In this document: positions 61,095-64,000 of the stretch, in pieces
Numbering within the stretch: position 1 is the first letter of the stretch
Layout: every line of letters begins with the position of its first letter
The notes under the pieces: model-generated
Databases searched by the model: none
What the model was told of the DNA's origin: nothing
What the model saw: the letters and a program-made list of their open reading frames with translations, nothing else
Position numbers and translations under genes: made by a program
Assembly: GCA_964252035.1 (NCBI GenBank)
Contig: OZ176201.1
Length of the DNA: 64,000 nucleotides
Origin: Podarcis erhardii
Lineage: Eukaryota
Direction: 5' to 3' (one strand)

Positions 61095-62678
61095 CATAAA
61101 AAGTACATGTTGAATCAGTGTGTCGACTTCCTTTTACATTTTTTGTTGCTGGCTTAGAATACAGAGATCTAAAATGGTGGTGGTGGGGAGAACCGTCAAG
61201 ACTTTGCTCCCAGATCACAAGTCTACCATTGATTTCAATGAAAGGCTTGGCAATTAGCGCAGTTACAGAGGGGGGGGGGGGGACCTTGTCGGACTCCCGT
61301 GTCCTCAGGCAAAGCTTCAGCTAAACTTTCTGATAAAATATGTAATTCATGCTGGATAAATCATAACAACTAGTGGCTGGGGATGCATTTATTTCTATCC
61401 TTTATGAAACTTTAAAAAATCAAAAAACCCAGAGCCAACTACTAACTCTTTCCTTTAGTAACACGTTCCACTTCCCACTTCAGTAAGGGCCCCTAGAAGT
61501 TCTTGCTTCTCCAGATCTTACTAAGATGAGTGCATTGGGGGCAGGTTATGCACCTGATTTTCTGACCAGAGGTTTTCGGATGCCCTAGACTTTTTGTAGG
61601 ACTCTTCGCTAGGATAACCATACATAGAGGGCATTGTTGCACAAAAGAAGGGTGACCAGCTGTTTTGGCAACAGTCTTGTTTCAGTAAGATGGTATCTTT
61701 GCAGTAGATTTTTCGTTAAAGCTCTCCATGAGGTTCTGCAAAGGCCTGACAGTGATATAGGGATGCAGGTGGGCTGTAATATTACTGTAATGGCATCCTA
61801 TAGCATTCGGGAACACTGGAGCCAACATTGTTGCCATGTTGACTGTTGTTAAGGATATGAGACTTGTCAGTGTACCTTCACAGTCCTCCATCTGCTCACC
61901 TTAAATCTCTGTATCCCTTACAGCAGACGTGAGCTTATCGGATCTCCTTTGTTTTTCACTAGATCTGCCGGCCAGAACCAAGTGCTAAGGACATACAATT
62001 AGAATTAAAGAACAATCTGGGCTCAGGGATTTGTTTTCAGCACAAGAACAGAGCTTACAGTCCTTTCATGCAAAAGTCTACTCCTCTTTAGTTTTCTTAT
62101 TTCAGCAGATGGGGAAAGTGGCTGTTGCTATTACTAAATAATTGTTTTTTGGGAACCCTTAACCATCTATTGGAAATTACAGAAATAAATACCCATTGGA
62201 TTCCTACTGGTGCAAGGAGTGGAGCATAGCAGAGCATGCAATAACCCTTTTAAAATATGTTTAAAACTTGCTTGGTGGATTCTAAGATCCTCACTGAGTG
62301 AGGGGAATAGATCAGGAGTATTCTATTCTGTTTTCTATCAGTACACCCAAGATGTTTTAAGCATACAATTTAAAACGTAAGATGTGAATATGACAAATGC
62401 TTATATTGTACATGTAGACTCCTCAGGCACCTGCAATCAAGTGTGGCTTCCTGTCAAGTGTATGCCTGATAGCAGACCCAAATCTGCTGCTAGGTGATGT
62501 GCAAAATAGCTAGGATAGTTTCCAAACAGGCTACTATTTTTTTTGGGGGGGGGGAATCCCTGTGTACTGTCTTCATTACATTAGCTGAGCTTCTGAAGGT
62601 TTCAAACAAGGAAGACAAAAAGAACCCTCTTCAAACAACAACAACTGAACTAGGATATATTGTGTAGATGAATTAAAG

Positions 62679-62842
62679 CAGGGATGGCCAACAGGTAGAT
62701 TGTGATCTTCAGGTGCCTCCCCCCAAAAAATCTTAGATTTATCCCAAAAAACTCAACAACTTTGGTCAATCCAATGGGTAGATCACCGCCAGTTTTTTTT
62801 ATAGTGGGAGTAGATCAGTCTCTTGAAAGTTGGACATGCCTG
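62679..62842. mobile_element. hAT (Charlie-like) MITE in the MSX2 intron
   Basis: TIRs CAGGGATGGCCAAC / GTTGGACATGCCTG; 8-bp flanks AATTAAAG / ATTCAAAG (6/8). Confidence 0.8.
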
Positions 62843-63385
62843 ATTCAAAGCATACATAGAAATGTAATAGATGGCTCATTGCTTTGATCCCGCATCAGAT
62901 TTTTTAAATAGGGGGCACAGTAGTTTCACAGAACAACATGTGTCTGCTACAGCCAGATTGCAAACATCCACATTATAAGCAGAAATATAGGCTATCCCTT
63001 TTAAAGTTTAACGTATCATTCGCATCTTCCATTTTAAAAAAGGGGTCCTTCTTGGTGTGTCAGAATTTCCTGTGTTCTGCTTTCTTTCATATTTGCCCTC
63101 ACATAAACATAATCTCATGCGTTCTTCTTAAGCCAACTGTCTTATCTTAGTGTTTTGATGTCTGGGGGGTGGGCGGTACAATTGGGCCTGGTTGCCTTTG
63201 TGCAGCCAGTAATGGACTATTCTGCTTGTTACCATCGTCATCATAATTTTAAAAAACTATTAGCATGTGGCCCTCGCCCCATGTACGTAAGAGTCAGAGC
63301 CATTGATTTAAACAGGACTTGCCTCTGAGTAGACATGGCTAGGATTGTACTGCTATTATCATTTATATCCCATTCATACGCTGAA

Positions 63386-63738
63386 GGGATGCGGGTGGCG
63401 CTGTGGGTTAAACCACAGAGCCTAGGACTTGCCGATCAGAAGGTCGGCGGTTCAAATCCGCGTGACGGGGTGAGCTCCCATTCTTCGGTCCCTGCTCCTG
63501 CCAACCTAACAGTTTGAAAGCACATCACGTGCAAGTAGATAAATAGGTACCGCTCCAGCGGGAAGGTAAACAGCGTTTCCGTGCGCTGCTCTGGTTCGCC
63601 AGAAGCGGCTTAGTCATGCTGGCCACATGACCCAGAAGCTGCATGCGGGCTACCTCTGCCAATAAAGCAAGATGAGTGCCGCAACCCCAGAATCGGCCAC
63701 AACTGGACCTAATGGTCAGGGGTCCCTTTACCTTTTAC
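63386..63738 (+). mobile_element. Full-length Sauria SINE
   Basis: tRNA-like head GGGATGCGGGTGGCGCTGTGGG, B box GGTTCAAATCC, ACCTTT-type tail; perfect 11-bp TSD CATACGCTGAA at 63375-63385 and 63739-63749; CpG-rich, so probably young. Confidence 0.92.
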
Positions 63739-63840
63739 CATACGCTGAAAAGGAGAGAAGAAGCTGCTTTTGCTGCAACATTTGGCAGTGATCATCCACT
63801 CCTCCCCCCCTCCCCCCCCACTCCCAGCTTTGGTAACTGA

Positions 63841-64000
<160 letters not shown>

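Overview
Vertebrate (squamate reptile, most likely a lacertid lizard judging by the SINE families) genomic DNA, not prokaryotic. The window holds about 55.6 kb of gene-free upstream sequence, then the promoter, exon 1 (CDS 55914-56268), the 7.6-kb intron and the first 141 nt of exon 2 of the homeobox gene MSX2 on the + strand; the gene runs off the right edge inside the homeodomain. The first 40 kb is CpG-depleted and full of decayed CR1 and L2 LINEs, tRNA-derived SINEs, hAT and Tc1/mariner MITEs and a solo-LTR-like element, with TE-poor blocks that carry transcription-factor motif clusters. From about 40.05 to 57.36 kb the DNA is abruptly CpG-rich, like a methylation valley over a developmental regulator. 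There is a 128-N gap at 50833-50960. I found no rRNA, true tRNA, CRISPR array or second protein-coding gene, and nothing that demonstrates a new biological system. Best leads: (1) an LTR-like family with an acidic, Trp-studded reading frame running from its first bases, in two copies; (2) a 78-90 bp hAT micro-MITE carrying a perfect NF-kB site, inserted twice inside the MSX2 CpG domain; (3) a helically phased triple CAATTG palindrome; (4) a hAT element carrying an inverted pair of perfect PBX-MEIS/PREP decamers; (5) candidate BMP/Wnt/homeodomain enhancers; (6) a poly-Gly tract and a WIQ-to-WIP change in MSX2. TE family names and cross-species comparisons are from memory of consensus sequences, not from searches; TE boundaries without a TSD are approximate.
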